From an uncultured Syntrophales bacterium (GTDB lineage Bacteria > Desulfobacterota > Syntrophia > Syntrophales > JADFWA01), in contig CAZYTP010000001.1 in NCBI GenBank assembly GCA_964650385.1, positions 352 through 64,351 of the forward strand: a DNA stretch of 64,000 bases, given 5' to 3'. The notes below the pieces were generated by a model, which was not told where the DNA came from, did not search any database, and saw only the letters and a program-made list of their open reading frames with translations. The position numbers and the translations under genes are program-made. Below are positions 1 to 10,921 of the stretch, one piece after another (position 1 is the stretch's first letter; every line of letters begins with the position of its first letter).

Positions 1-415
1 AATCGATGTTCTTTTCTACGTAAAGCGATGAGTGACGTTTTTGGAGAGCAGCTGTCGCTTTGCTACGGTCGTACTCAATCGTGGAATCAGCGATGCTGGC
101 AGGGTTCAATACGAACCGCCTCCAGTTATACGCAGATTTCAGTTTGTGATCCCTGAAGGCCGCCTCGAACTCCTCCGACGAAACCATTTGGTTCAAGAAG
201 TCGGCCACGAGTTGGGACTTGCCGGTTTCTTCCCAGCCAGTATGAGCAAGGGTAAACGCTCTTGAATGGTGGCCGTTCTTGAAGAGCAAATCCGCTTCTG
301 ACAAGAGGGCTTCCGCGTTTTTCAAACATGCGTCATGGAGACTAAGGAGTCTCATGACGATTCGCATGTCGCCCTTTATGTCGAGAACATCCTTCTTTCC
401 CTTTTCAGTCTTCAT
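1..415 (-). CDS. AbiV-like (HEPN-type) abortive-infection protein, first 138 codons; gene runs off the left edge
   Basis: My own minus-strand translation from the ATG at 415-413. It is absent from the ORF track because there is no stop inside the window: MKTEKGKKDVLDIKGDMRIVMRLLSLHDACLKNAEALLSEADLLFKNGHHSRAFTLAHTGWEETGKSQLVADF...FRDHKLKSAYNW...RHSSLYVEKNID. I associate the helix pair ending in EE-x-GK followed by DH-x-x-K with AbiV-family proteins. Confidence 0.45.
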   Translation of the reverse strand, partial: MKTEKGKKDVLDIKGDMRIVMRLLSLHDACLKNAEALLSEADLLFKNGHHSRAFTLAHTGWEETGKSQLVADFLNQMVSSEEFEAAFRDHKLKSAYNWRRFVLNPASIADSTIEYDRSKATAALQKRHSSLYVEKNID

Positions 416-559
416 TCTTTATGTGCCTAACCAATTAGTATATAGTTTCAGTATAACTTTCTGAAAATAAAAAACTTGACAAAGAATATCTTGATTTATT
501 GTAGTTATCTAACTGTATAACTTCAAATATGCATGTTATCCGGCAAGGTGGATAATTTC

Positions 560-652
560 ATGAAACAGATCCCTTCTGAAATCAAAATCCCCTATGACGC
601 TCTTCTGCTCAAAAGAGGTGTGCCGCCGACAGTTCACTTCTATTATGAATAA
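560..652 (+). pseudogene. 30-codon remnant resembling the N-terminus of an integron-type tyrosine recombinase
   Basis: The small ORF MKQIPSEIKIPYDALLLKRGVPPTVHFYYE* resembles the start of the N-terminal SAM-like domain of integron-type integrases (F-x-x-x-L ... vp ... H-x-YY, normally followed by KWLRYYLDF) and then stops. It is divergent from the AbiV-like gene. Confidence 0.25.
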
Positions 653-687
653 TGAGAATAATTATTCCAGATGCTTTTGACATAAAC

Positions 688-726
688 AACAAAAAAACCC
701 CGTCTCTGTTTGAGAGAAACGGGGTC
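688..726 (-). terminator. Rho-independent terminator (minus strand)
   Basis: The minus strand reads GACCCCGTTTCTCTCAAACAGAGACGGGGTTTTTTTGTT. This gives a 10-bp stem CCCCGTTTCT/AGAGACGGGG (one G-U pair), a 7-nt loop and a T7 run. It lies about 340 nt downstream of the gltA stop. Confidence 0.65.
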
Positions 727-905
727 TTGTTGCGATTAGCTACCATTTTTAGGACCTTCTTTTATTTAAGGAGAAAAGATCATTTGTTGTTTGTTAATAT
801 ATGGCACCTTCTATTCTTTTATTAAGACTTTTGTATGGTTAACAAAAAACCTTAGAATGTCAAGGGATTTCATCAACTCTTGTTAGGAGTTGAGGATTTT
901 ATTTG

Positions 906-973
906 CACGGCACGGACAAACAAGTTTGTCCATGGCACCCATTTTGTTATTGTTTGTCCATGGCACCCATTTA
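906..973. repeat. Palindrome plus tandem direct repeat block
   Basis: GGACAAAC-AA-GTTTGTCC is a perfect palindrome at 914-931. The 21-mer GTTTGTCCATGGCACCCATTT occurs twice, at 924-944 and 953-973 (29-bp period). Confidence 0.85.
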
Positions 974-1067
974 AAGATGACGGCATTACAGATTTCCAAG
1001 CGAGCCAGGAATGATTTTGTTGGCAAACAATATCACAACAACCATGTGACAAATGGAGGGTATATCT

Positions 1068-2348
1068 TTAGCTTCTTTCGTTTAATGGCACATAATTTCT
1101 CTCTTTAGGCCCCACATATACCTGACGGGGACGATGAAGCCTCTTTACCGGATCCTCACGACCTTCCTTCCACTGACTGATCCAACCGGGAAGGCGTCCT
1201 ATCGCAAACATTACCGCAAACATATTGATTGGTATTTCCAGAGCGCTTAAGACAATTCCGCTATAGAAATCCACGTTGGGGTAGAGCCTGTTATCAATCA
1301 AGTACGGATCTTTCAATGCAGCCTCTTCCAGTCTCTTCGCTACATCAAGGAGTGGATCATGCCGTTCAATCTTATCGAGAACTTTGTCTGCCATCTCTTT
1401 CATGATTCGACCCCGTGGGTCATAATTTTTATAAACCCTGTGGCCAAATCCCATTAAAAGAAACGGGTCGTTTTTATCTTTTGCTCTGGCTATGAACGGC
1501 GCAGGGTCTCCACCGGCGTCATGAATTTCTTGAAGCATTTCTATAACAGCCTGATTAGCTCCCCCGTGGAGTGGTCCCCACAAAGCGCTGATCCCCGTGG
1601 AAATAGCCGCGTACAAATTGACACGAGCACTCCCTACCATCCGCACGGCGGATGTGGAGCAGTTCTGTTCATGGTCGGCATGGAGAATCCAGAACACATT
1701 GAGGGCATGTACCATATCATCATCGATGTTATAAGGACGGACGGATGAATCAAACATCATATTTAAAAAATTTGCACAATAACTGAGGTAGCACGATGGA
1801 TACACTACCGGAAGACCCATGGAAATTCTGTAGGACATAGCTGCCATAGTCCTCAGCTTGGATAAGAGACGGGCAAATATTTTTTCGATTTCATCCTCTT
1901 CCGATGTCTCAGGATAAAACGCACGTAAGGCATTCACCATCGACGCGAGGATCCCCATGGGATGTGCCCCCTTAGGATAACGCTCGAAGAAATGTCTCAT
2001 ATCCTCATGAACAAGTGAATGATCATTCAGCATAATTGAAAAGCTGTTAAACTCATCATTCATCGGTAGATCACCATGGATTAAAAGATACGCTGTTTCG
2101 ACGAAGCTGGAGTGTTCTGCCAGTTGCTCTATGGGGATGCCCCGGTACCTTAAAATCCCCTCTTCTCCATCCAGGTAAGTGATACTGCTACTACAACTGC
2201 CCGTGTTTCCATAACCCGGGTCAAGAGTTATCAAACCCGTCGTTTTAGAAAGGCTGGAAATATCGATCGCATTATTCCCCTCAGTAGATTCAACTATAGG
2301 CAACTCATATGTTTTTCCATCAACAATCAATTTTGCGGTTTTTTCCAT
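1068..2348 (-). CDS. gltA: citrate synthase
   Basis: 426 aa with the GFGHRVYKNYDPR citrate synthase signature and typical length. Confidence 0.95.
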   Translation of the reverse strand: MEKTAKLIVDGKTYELPIVESTEGNNAIDISSLSKTTGLITLDPGYGNTGSCSSSITYLDGEEGILRYRGIPIEQLAEHSSFVETAYLLIHGDLPMNDEFNSFSIMLNDHSLVHEDMRHFFERYPKGAHPMGILASMVNALRAFYPETSEEDEIEKIFARLLSKLRTMAAMSYRISMGLPVVYPSCYLSYCANFLNMMFDSSVRPYNIDDDMVHALNVFWILHADHEQNCSTSAVRMVGSARVNLYAAISTGISALWGPLHGGANQAVIEMLQEIHDAGGDPAPFIARAKDKNDPFLLMGFGHRVYKNYDPRGRIMKEMADKVLDKIERHDPLLDVAKRLEEAALKDPYLIDNRLYPNVDFYSGIVLSALEIPINMFAVMFAIGRLPGWISQWKEGREDPVKRLHRPRQVYVGPKERNYVPLNERS

Positions 2349-2421
2349 AAATTCAATCCTTTATTGAAATTTACCTCCTCTCTTCCACTTCAAAAAGGAA
2401 AAGGCATTAAAAAGTGACACC

Positions 2422-5007
2422 TCAATAAAAACACATAACCTTTTGAGATACCACATCGGCGACTATGTGTATGTTTTCTCCTTCTGCATCGTATACCTTT
2501 ACAACATCACGATAAGCAAGGGAATCAGGAAGAATTTTTTCTAACTGGTTGGGTAATCCTTTTATATATGTTTCATTAAATGTCACATTATCATCGCCCG
2601 GGAACAGAGCAACATAAAAGATTTTGGTTTCCACGAGATCCTGGAAGAAATGCGTCCCATACGAAAGTTCGGGCATCAGATTGGCATCCACGTATGCGAT
2701 TTCCCCCAGCACATTCACATTGTTTATTTCGGAAAAACTGACAGGAACCCCCAGAGAGGGTGTAGATGATCCCCATCTACCGGGTCCAAGCAGCATGGTA
2801 GGCATCTTCTCTCGACTCGCAATTTTCCTGTTTAATCTTCCTACCAAACGAGCGATATCATATTTGCCGCTCAATGCGATCTCATTGTATCGTCTGGGAT
2901 CAATGTAAATGATTCTTCGAATCTTCTGAAAAATGGACCCCCCCATAAACTTCCCTTCCGAACGAAAGATTATATTGTCTTCATCTACGTCGTCGGGAAA
3001 CTCTATCCTCGTTTCCACTCCCATGGTCTGTAATGGTCTGCACTGTACCACATTAATCTGAAACATCCCATTCTTCCTGAAATTTACAGTAAATTCAATA
3101 TCCACCGGATACTGATAGATCGTTTCCAGCCTATGGAGCATATTCTGCATTACTTTAGTAAAGGACGTCTTCGATAAAAGCTCGTCAAAGGTGATAATCC
3201 ATGCTTCCTGATCCTTAATTCCCATTTCTTTTAATTTTTTAGCCGTTTCATGATCTCTGACCGCTATCTTCTCCATGTTTAAATCAGGTTTCTGTCCCAT
3301 GAGATTTAAAAGAGAAATCGTCTGCAATTCGTTGTCATTCAGATTCAATACATCAACATCATGCTGTGAAAATTTTCTTGTATCTTCCATTCCCCCATGG
3401 GCCTTCACCAGGGGGGCATCCAATGCAACAATTCGAGGGTAATCACCTTCGACGCGATTTACTGCTCGCGTTCCCAAGCCAAAGACCATGCGAAGCATCC
3501 CGGCCCTCGGGTCCATACCGGACTTCCAGACAAAGGTATTATAAGAAATGCCGACTCCTCCCACATCGGGAAACGCGTATTGTTTTCGGTATGATCCAGA
3601 TACTCGCTGAACCAATAATGCCATCTGCTCATCTTCATCTTCAAGCCCTCTCTGTACCCGATACATAAGGGCATCTTCGTTCAAGGTACTCGCATAGATT
3701 TGTCGAACAGCATCTTCAAACTGTTTGTAACGTTCCTCAGGGCTCCCTTGATTGACGCAAAAAACGCTTTCATATTTACCGGCGAATGCATTACCGAACG
3801 CATCCTCAAGCAAACTGCTGGAACGGACAATATATGGTGATTGACCGAAATATTCCACAATCTCAAGAAATTGTTCCTTAATTTCTTCAAGGAAAGATCC
3901 ATTGATCATATTCTCACGGAGGGTTTTCGCTGCTTCAAAGTACCCATCCTTTGTTTTTTGCTTCATGCGTAATTTCCACCAGCCGTTCTGAACGATATAG
4001 GTGTAAAAGACATCAGAACCAATATAAAAAGAGTCATGGGGTTCTAAAACCTCGTTCCAGTTGAAAGACGTGTCTTCCGACAGGATTTTTCTCGCAAGAA
4101 GCATCCCCACCGCTTTCCCTCCGATAAAGCCTGTACCGATCAGTCTCTCTCTTATCCTCAACAGATCTTCGAGAGAAAATTTATCTTCGACAAGTATCGA
4201 CATCCGCGGTTCTCTGGTAATCATTATCCGGCATATTTTGTCTATCATGTCCTGTTTCTCTTCGGATTCCCAGGGCTGATCCAGAAGTTCCTGAGCCCGC
4301 AGGAATAAGCGATCCCAGTTGTCAAGTTTCCGTTTGGCCCGTTCCAGTGTTTGTCGTGATATGTGAGAAAACAGCCGCGCTGCGTCAACACTGTTTACGA
4401 TAGGAATAAACTGGTCCCCTTCCTGCAGGTGGGGCAGGAACATAGTTGGAGAATATCGCTGCCAAACCTTTAAAGGATGAACATGAAAAAAACCATCATC
4501 TCTATACGCATCAATGAGAAGTTGTGTAGTTTCTCGAATACGGGCAATAGTTTGGTAAGAATGTCTGTCTCTGATAATTGCAAAGTAAGCTACCGTATCC
4601 AGCTCGAAAAGATAAGGACAGGTAATTATAAAGAAGTTTCCGATCATGAGATCGGTTGACCATATTGATAAGAGATCTGAGAGACAATCAAAAACATAGA
4701 AAACCCCCTTGCCCTCTTTTGTCACGATATTATGGACTTCTGTCGAAAAGGACTCGAACCCCCCTTCTGCATCCAGATTATAAATCATAACACTGGGATG
4801 TGGTTTAACCAGCGGTTTGTGGTCGGCGAATCGCATATAGACAACCCTTCGATTATCTTCGACGGCCTTGTTCACATAGCTCTCGACAAAATATGCATAT
4901 TCTTCAATATCGCCAACCCGCCAAACCACATTATCACCGATCCGTAAACTATCGATAATATTATCCAGTCCTTTAAAACCAGTACTAACCCGTTTCAATA
5001 ATTTCAT
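2422..5007 (-). CDS. PEP/pyruvate-binding (PPDK N-terminal type) domain protein with a degenerate RecA/KaiC-like N-domain
   Basis: 861 aa. The N-terminus VSTGFKGLDNIIDSLRIGDNVVWRVGDIEEY is KaiC/RecA-like but has no Walker A. The middle has GGKAVGMLLARKIL and YIVRSSSLLEDAFGNAFAGKYESVF, typical of the PEP-utilising ATP-grasp domain. Confidence 0.75.
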   Translation of the reverse strand: MKLLKRVSTGFKGLDNIIDSLRIGDNVVWRVGDIEEYAYFVESYVNKAVEDNRRVVYMRFADHKPLVKPHPSVMIYNLDAEGGFESFSTEVHNIVTKEGKGVFYVFDCLSDLLSIWSTDLMIGNFFIITCPYLFELDTVAYFAIIRDRHSYQTIARIRETTQLLIDAYRDDGFFHVHPLKVWQRYSPTMFLPHLQEGDQFIPIVNSVDAARLFSHISRQTLERAKRKLDNWDRLFLRAQELLDQPWESEEKQDMIDKICRIMITREPRMSILVEDKFSLEDLLRIRERLIGTGFIGGKAVGMLLARKILSEDTSFNWNEVLEPHDSFYIGSDVFYTYIVQNGWWKLRMKQKTKDGYFEAAKTLRENMINGSFLEEIKEQFLEIVEYFGQSPYIVRSSSLLEDAFGNAFAGKYESVFCVNQGSPEERYKQFEDAVRQIYASTLNEDALMYRVQRGLEDEDEQMALLVQRVSGSYRKQYAFPDVGGVGISYNTFVWKSGMDPRAGMLRMVFGLGTRAVNRVEGDYPRIVALDAPLVKAHGGMEDTRKFSQHDVDVLNLNDNELQTISLLNLMGQKPDLNMEKIAVRDHETAKKLKEMGIKDQEAWIITFDELLSKTSFTKVMQNMLHRLETIYQYPVDIEFTVNFRKNGMFQINVVQCRPLQTMGVETRIEFPDDVDEDNIIFRSEGKFMGGSIFQKIRRIIYIDPRRYNEIALSGKYDIARLVGRLNRKIASREKMPTMLLGPGRWGSSTPSLGVPVSFSEINNVNVLGEIAYVDANLMPELSYGTHFFQDLVETKIFYVALFPGDDNVTFNETYIKGLPNQLEKILPDSLAYRDVVKVYDAEGENIHIVADVVSQKVMCFY

Positions 5008-5024
5008 CTAAAACTGTCCTCCTG

Positions 5025-8000
5025 CTAAGAAGCATAAAATTCCTGAAGAGACCGTATATTACAGCTTCCTTCCCTCAAGGATGTGATTGCGTTTACCATG
5101 GCTGTAGCTCCCGCAATTGTCGTCACCAGCGGTATACCGTAAGCTACCGCTATGCTCCGAATTGTTACTTCATCGCGACGAGGGAGATGGCCGCTCGGTG
5201 TGTTAATCAGAAGATTAACATCTCTGTTTTTTATGTAATCGAGAATATTCGGTCGACCCTCGGCAAGCTTCGGGAGGCAAGCCACGTTGATTCCCTGATC
5301 CATAAGGACCTGCGCTGTACCGGGGGTTGATAATATCTCAAAGCCCATTTCCTCAAATTTTCTACCCAGTGCGATGATTGACGGCTTATCAGAATCCCTG
5401 ACACTGAGGAACACTTTTCCTGTTTCGGGCACCATCTGACCTGCCGCAATCTGGCTCTTCGCAAAAGCCAGCCCTATGTTATGGTCAATTCCCATGACCT
5501 CGCCGGTGGATTTCATTTCCGGCCCCAGTAAGGTATCAACTCCGGTAAATCTCGCAAACGGAAGAACCGACTCTTTAACAGAGAAATATGTGGGCATCGG
5601 ATCGCTCGTGATGCCCTGTTCCTTCAGGGATATACCTGCCATGATTCGTGTCGCAATCTTTGCAAACTGCAAACCGGTCGCCTTCGAGACAAACGGTACA
5701 GTTCGTGAAGCCCTCGGGTTTACCTCCAGAACATAAACTTCATTTTCTCGAACGGCATATTGAATATTGATAAGCCCTCTGACTCCAAGCTCTCTTGCTA
5801 TCCGTCGCGTCTGTTCCTTCATCACGTTTACCGTTTCGGTGCTGAGTGAATAGGCAGGAAGAACCATGGCGCTGTCCCCCGAGTGGATTCCGGCCTGCTC
5901 TATATGTTCCATAACGCCACCGATAATGACATCATGTCCGTCCGACACGGCATCCACGTCAACTTCAATGGCATCTTCAAGAAATTCGTCGATAAGAACA
6001 GGATGATTGCCGGAGGCTTCAAAGGCTTCCTGCAGGAATCCTCTCAGATCAGCCGGGTTCCAGACTACTGCCATGGCGCGGCCACCAAGGACATATGAGG
6101 GTCTGATGAGTATGGGATATCCTATTCGCTCAACGATCCTTTCCGCCTCTTCAAAAGAAAGTGCCGTGTCGCTTTTCGGTTGTTTAATGCCAGTTGTGTC
6201 TGCCAGTTCCTTAAAGAGCTTTCTGTCTTCCGCACGGTCAATGGCCTCGGGTGACGTGCCGAGAATGTTCACGCCGTTTCGAGCAAGGGCAAGTGAGAGA
6301 TTTAATGGTGTCTGTCCTCCAAGCTGGACAATCACACCTTCCGGTTTTTCCACTTCGACGATATTGAGAACATCTTCCAGGGTCAAAGGTTCAAAGTAGA
6401 GCTTATCGGAGATATCATAGTCTGTGGAGACCGTTTCGGGGTTGGAATTAACCATAATCGTCTCATAACCCAGTTCTCTCAGGGCCATCGACGCGTGGAC
6501 GCAGCAATAATCGAACTCGATTCCCTGACCGATCCTGTTAGGCCCGCCGCCAATTATCATTATTTTTCTCTTATCTCCGGCCCTGCTTTCATCCTCTTCT
6601 TCATACGTGGAGTAATAGTAGGGTGTATATGCCTCGAATTCAGCAGCGCAGGTATCAACCAGTTTATAAACCGGTTTTATCCCCTTTTCTTTTCTAAGAG
6701 CCCGTACCTCGGATTCATTTGTACCGATGATGTTACTCAATTGAATATCGGAAAAACCGAACCGTTTGGCTGTATGGAGGGTCTCCCGGGGTATATCAGT
6801 GCTTCCTCTATAGACCTCGATCTTTTTTTCCATATTGACGATCTCTTCAATATTGTGCAGGAACCACGGATCGATATGGGTAAGCCTGGCAATATGTTCA
6901 ACAGAGAGACCAGCTTGCATGGCATATTTTACATAAAAAAATCGCTCCGGTGTCGGGCGTGTAAGCATTGCCTCAATCCTTTCAGGACGGAGCTTCTGCT
7001 TAAACATTGATTCAAATCCATGGATGCCAATTTCCAGACCCCTGAACCCCTTCTGAAGAGCCTCCTTGAACGTTCGTCCTATGGCCATTGTCTCCCCGAC
7101 GGATTTCATAGATATGGTAAGGGTATCGTCCACCCCCGGGAACTTTTCAAAGGCAAAGCGGGGAATTTTAACCACGCAATAGTCAATGGTCGGCTCGAAC
7201 GATGCGGGTGTCTTTAAGGTAATATCATTTTGTATCTCATCAAGAGTGTACCCAACCGCCAGTTTGGCCGCTATCTTGGCTATAGGAAAACCCGTTGCCT
7301 TTGAGGCAAGAGCGGATGACCGTGAAACACGGGGATTCATCTCTATGACCACCAGGCGTCCTGAATCGGGATGAACCGCAAATTGAATATTAGAGCCTCC
7401 GGTTTCAACACCGATCTTTCGTATCACGGCAATAGAGGCATTGCGGAGTTTCTGATATTCCTTGTCCGTAAGGGTCTGGGCGGGCGCGACGGTAACAGAA
7501 TCACCGGTATGAACTCCCATGGGATCGACATTTTCGATGGAACAGATAATAACAACATTGTCCCTGTTATCCCTCATGACCTCGAGCTCAAACTCTTTCC
7601 ATCCGAGGACTGACTCTTCGATGAGTATCTCGCTTATCATACTTTTTTCAAGTCCGAGGGACGCTGATTCTTCAAATTCTTCAACGTTGTAGACAAGCGA
7701 ACCCCCGGTACCACCGAGTGTGAAACTCGGTCGGATAACCACGGGGAAACCAATGTCTACGACAATATTTCGAGCTTCCTCCATCGTGTATGCTATTCCG
7801 CTTCTCGGTACTTCCAGGCCGATTTCGGCCATTGCCGTTTTAAACTCATCCCGGTCCTCCGCCCTCTTGATGGCGTCCAGATCCGCGCCGATCATCTCAA
7901 TACCAAACCGTTCAAATACTCCCCTCTCGGCAACCTCTACCGCTATATTTAAGGCGGTCTGACCGCCGAGGGTGGCCAGAACTGCATCGGGGTGTTCCTT

Positions 8001-8237
8001 CTCGACTATCTTTTCAACAACATCAGCCGTTATCGGTTCAATATAGGTACGATCCGCCATTTCAGGATCGGTCATAATAGTGGCAGGATTGGAATTCAGA
8101 AGGACAACCTCGTAGCCTTCTTCCCGCAGGGCCTTGCAGGCCTGGGTACCGGAATAATCGAATTCGCATGCCTGTCCTATAACGATCGGACCTGATCCGA
8201 TAATGAGTATTTTCTTGAGATCTGTACGCTTGGGCAT
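5025..8237 (-). CDS. carB: carbamoyl-phosphate synthase large subunit
   Basis: 1070 aa with duplicated ATP-grasp halves, starting [33 protein letters not shown]. Confidence 0.97.
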   Translation of the reverse strand: MPKRTDLKKILIIGSGPIVIGQACEFDYSGTQACKALREEGYEVVLLNSNPATIMTDPEMADRTYIEPITADVVEKIVEKEHPDAVLATLGGQTALNIAVEVAERGVFERFGIEMIGADLDAIKRAEDRDEFKTAMAEIGLEVPRSGIAYTMEEARNIVVDIGFPVVIRPSFTLGGTGGSLVYNVEEFEESASLGLEKSMISEILIEESVLGWKEFELEVMRDNRDNVVIICSIENVDPMGVHTGDSVTVAPAQTLTDKEYQKLRNASIAVIRKIGVETGGSNIQFAVHPDSGRLVVIEMNPRVSRSSALASKATGFPIAKIAAKLAVGYTLDEIQNDITLKTPASFEPTIDYCVVKIPRFAFEKFPGVDDTLTISMKSVGETMAIGRTFKEALQKGFRGLEIGIHGFESMFKQKLRPERIEAMLTRPTPERFFYVKYAMQAGLSVEHIARLTHIDPWFLHNIEEIVNMEKKIEVYRGSTDIPRETLHTAKRFGFSDIQLSNIIGTNESEVRALRKEKGIKPVYKLVDTCAAEFEAYTPYYYSTYEEEDESRAGDKRKIMIIGGGPNRIGQGIEFDYCCVHASMALRELGYETIMVNSNPETVSTDYDISDKLYFEPLTLEDVLNIVEVEKPEGVIVQLGGQTPLNLSLALARNGVNILGTSPEAIDRAEDRKLFKELADTTGIKQPKSDTALSFEEAERIVERIGYPILIRPSYVLGGRAMAVVWNPADLRGFLQEAFEASGNHPVLIDEFLEDAIEVDVDAVSDGHDVIIGGVMEHIEQAGIHSGDSAMVLPAYSLSTETVNVMKEQTRRIARELGVRGLINIQYAVRENEVYVLEVNPRASRTVPFVSKATGLQFAKIATRIMAGISLKEQGITSDPMPTYFSVKESVLPFARFTGVDTLLGPEMKSTGEVMGIDHNIGLAFAKSQIAAGQMVPETGKVFLSVRDSDKPSIIALGRKFEEMGFEILSTPGTAQVLMDQGINVACLPKLAEGRPNILDYIKNRDVNLLINTPSGHLPRRDEVTIRSIAVAYGIPLVTTIAGATAMVNAITSLREGSCNIRSLQEFYAS

Positions 8238-8247
8238 ATATCTAATT

Positions 8248-9786
8248 TTATTCCCATTCTATCGTGCTTGGCGGTTTAGAGCTGATATCATATACCACTC
8301 GATTCACACCTTTTACTTCATTAATAATCCGCGAAGACATCCGTGACAGGACATCATTGGGGAGCCTTACCCAATCCGCCGTCATACCATCAAGACTTGA
8401 TACTATCCTGAGGGCGATCACATTTGCATACGTTCGTTCGTCTCCCATGACTCCAACAGTCTTGACCGGCAACAGTACGGCAAAAGCCTGCCAAATATCT
8501 TCGAAACCTTCGTAATTGAGTATTTCTTCCTTGACGATGCTGTCGGCATGACGGAGCACCGCCAGGCTGGCCTCAGTAACCTCACCGATAATCCGTACAG
8601 CCAGGCCCGGACCGGGGAACGGTTTTCGTTTCAAAAGCTTGTCCGGAAGTCCTAACTCTTTGCCGAGAATCCTCACTTCATCTTTAAAGAGCTCTTTCAG
8701 CGGCTCGATCAATTCAAATCCGAGTTCTTCAGGAAGCCCGCCCACATTATGATGACTCTTGATCGTTGCCGATGGTCCTCCGTGGGCGGAGCGGCTTTCG
8801 ATAACGTCCGGGTAAAGCGTGCCCTGTGCCAGAAAGTCGGCATCTTTGATACCCTTTGTCTCTGCCTGGAAAATTCCGATAAACGTTTCCCCGATTATTT
8901 TTCTCTTCTCTTCCGGATCAGTTATCCCTTCCAGGGCATCCAGAAATTCCTTTTTCGCATCGACAATGGTAATATTCAGGGGATAATCATTGGTAAACAT
9001 GGAATCAATTTCATCGACCTCACGTGCCCTGAGCAATCCGTTATTCACAAAAACCGCTTTCATCCGGTTGCCAATGGCGCGTTCGATAAGTGCCGCAACA
9101 ACCGAGGAGTCAACCCCGCCGGAGAGGGCACAAATAACGCTTGAATCGGCAACCTGCGATCGTATTCTTTCCACGGATTCTTCAATAAATTTGCTCATTG
9201 TCCAGCCACCCCGGCAGCCTGCGACATAGTAAAGAAAATTCCGAAGCATATCCATTCCCTGAAGCGTATGAACTACTTCGGGATGAAACTGGACTCCGTA
9301 TATCTTTTTGGCATCGTTACCCATCGAAGCAATAGAACAGGTAGATGTTTGTGCCAGAATTTTATAGCCATCGGGTACGACCGTCACATGATCACCATGA
9401 CTCATCCAGACGTCGAGCCGATGATCCAATCCGTTGAAGATTGATGTAGCATCGGCAACATCGAGTTGCGCCGGTCCGTATTCGCCGCCACTCCTCTTCT
9501 CCACCGTACCACCCAATGCCTGTGCCAACAGTTGTAATCCATAGCATATGCCGAATATTGGAATATTGAGTTCCAGGATACCTTTATCCATGGAAGGATG
9601 TTCAGAATCGAGGACGGAAGCCGGCCCGCCGGACAGTACCAATGCTTTTGGATTCAGTGTTATCAGATCATCCTTTGTAATTGTATGATGAACGATTTCG
9701 GAATATACTCCGAGTTCCCGTATCCTTCGCGCGATAAGTTGAGCGTACTGTGAGCCAAAATCAAAAACGGCGACCAATTCTTTCAT
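8248..9786 (-). CDS. guaA: GMP synthase (glutamine-hydrolysing)
   Basis: 512 aa with a GATase domain plus the [12 protein letters not shown]-loop and a C-terminal ...KPPSTIEWE. Confidence 0.97.
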   Translation of the reverse strand: MKELVAVFDFGSQYAQLIARRIRELGVYSEIVHHTITKDDLITLNPKALVLSGGPASVLDSEHPSMDKGILELNIPIFGICYGLQLLAQALGGTVEKRSGGEYGPAQLDVADATSIFNGLDHRLDVWMSHGDHVTVVPDGYKILAQTSTCSIASMGNDAKKIYGVQFHPEVVHTLQGMDMLRNFLYYVAGCRGGWTMSKFIEESVERIRSQVADSSVICALSGGVDSSVVAALIERAIGNRMKAVFVNNGLLRAREVDEIDSMFTNDYPLNITIVDAKKEFLDALEGITDPEEKRKIIGETFIGIFQAETKGIKDADFLAQGTLYPDVIESRSAHGGPSATIKSHHNVGGLPEELGFELIEPLKELFKDEVRILGKELGLPDKLLKRKPFPGPGLAVRIIGEVTEASLAVLRHADSIVKEEILNYEGFEDIWQAFAVLLPVKTVGVMGDERTYANVIALRIVSSLDGMTADWVRLPNDVLSRMSSRIINEVKGVNRVVYDISSKPPSTIEWE

Positions 9787-9789
9787 TCG

Positions 9790-10893
9790 TCAACCCCTGT
9801 TCATTTCTTTTTTCATCAGTTCTACAAAACGGCTGAAAAGATGTCGGGCATCATGGGGGCCCGGCCCCGCTTCGGGATGGAATTGGACTGAGAATAAGGG
9901 TAATTCCCTGTGTCTGATCCCCTCCAATGTACTGTCGTTGAGATTCATATGGGTAATCTCTATGGTATTCTTATCCAGTGAGTCTATATCAACACAGAAA
10001 CCGTGGTTCTGCACGGTAACTTCAATCTTTCCCGTTGCCAGGTCTTTTACCGGGTGATTTTCCCCGTGGTGACCGAATTTGAGTTTGTACGTGTTGCCAC
10101 CCAGTGCAAGGCCGAGGAGCTGTTGCCCCAGACAGATACCGAATATGGGCAGTGTTCCAATGTTGACCAAATCACGGATTGTATCAATCGCATATGTTAC
10201 GGCGGCGGGATCACCGGGTCCATTTGACAGAAGGACACCGTCAGGACGTAACTTCATTATTTCACCGGCGGTTGTATCCGCTGGCACAACGGTGATGCGG
10301 CATCCTACATCGACAAGTTGCTCAAGTATGCTGTATTTCAAACCATAGTCTAACACAATTACATGAAGGCCCTCATTTTCAGCCATGACAACATATGGTT
10401 GCTCGCAGGTCACCTCCCTGACCAGGTCCCTGCCGACCAGATCGGGAGAAGCTTTGACTTTTTCAATGAGAGATTGCGTGTCCTGGTCAACCGTCGAGAT
10501 GACGGCCCTCATGGCACCTGCTTCCCGTATATGTTTGGTAAGGGCCCGGGTATCGATCCCCTCGATTCCCATGATGTTGTGTTCTTTTAAAAAAGAATCG
10601 AGATTTTTTTCCGATCTCCAGTTGCTCGGCTTTCGGCACAACTCATTAACCACAAAACCCTCAAGCCAGATGGAACGTGACTCCGAATCTTCATCATTAA
10701 CGCCGTAATTGCCGATCAGAGGATATGTCATAACGACGATCTGGCCTTTATACGACGGATCGGTCAGAACTTCCTGATAGCCGGTCATTCCGGTATTGAA
10801 TACTACTTCGCCGTAATGTTCTCCCGGCACACCGAAGGACGTGCCTTCAAATATTCTTCCGTCTTCCAATACAAGTATTGCTTTTTGTCCCAT
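9790..10893 (-). CDS. carA: carbamoyl-phosphate synthase small subunit
   Basis: 367 aa with the GICLGQQLL amidotransferase motif and a CarA N-domain. Confidence 0.97.
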   Translation of the reverse strand: MGQKAILVLEDGRIFEGTSFGVPGEHYGEVVFNTGMTGYQEVLTDPSYKGQIVVMTYPLIGNYGVNDEDSESRSIWLEGFVVNELCRKPSNWRSEKNLDSFLKEHNIMGIEGIDTRALTKHIREAGAMRAVISTVDQDTQSLIEKVKASPDLVGRDLVREVTCEQPYVVMAENEGLHVIVLDYGLKYSILEQLVDVGCRITVVPADTTAGEIMKLRPDGVLLSNGPGDPAAVTYAIDTIRDLVNIGTLPIFGICLGQQLLGLALGGNTYKLKFGHHGENHPVKDLATGKIEVTVQNHGFCVDIDSLDKNTIEITHMNLNDSTLEGIRHRELPLFSVQFHPEAGPGPHDARHLFSRFVELMKKEMNRG

Positions 10894-10921
10894 ATCTTAC
10901 CTGTTTATCCTACCGGAGCGG

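Noticed and set aside
931-975. TGGCAC occurs inside both copies of the tandem 21-mer, raising the possibility of sigma-54 promoters.
   Set aside because: The -12 positions read TTGTT and TAAAG, without the conserved GC. There is also no plus-strand gene downstream, because gltA converges on this region.
4745-4765. GGACTCGAACCCCCC looks like the reverse complement of a tRNA T-arm and acceptor stem.
   Set aside because: It lies inside the well-supported 861-aa ORF, where it encodes EGGFESF, and no cloverleaf can be drawn around it.
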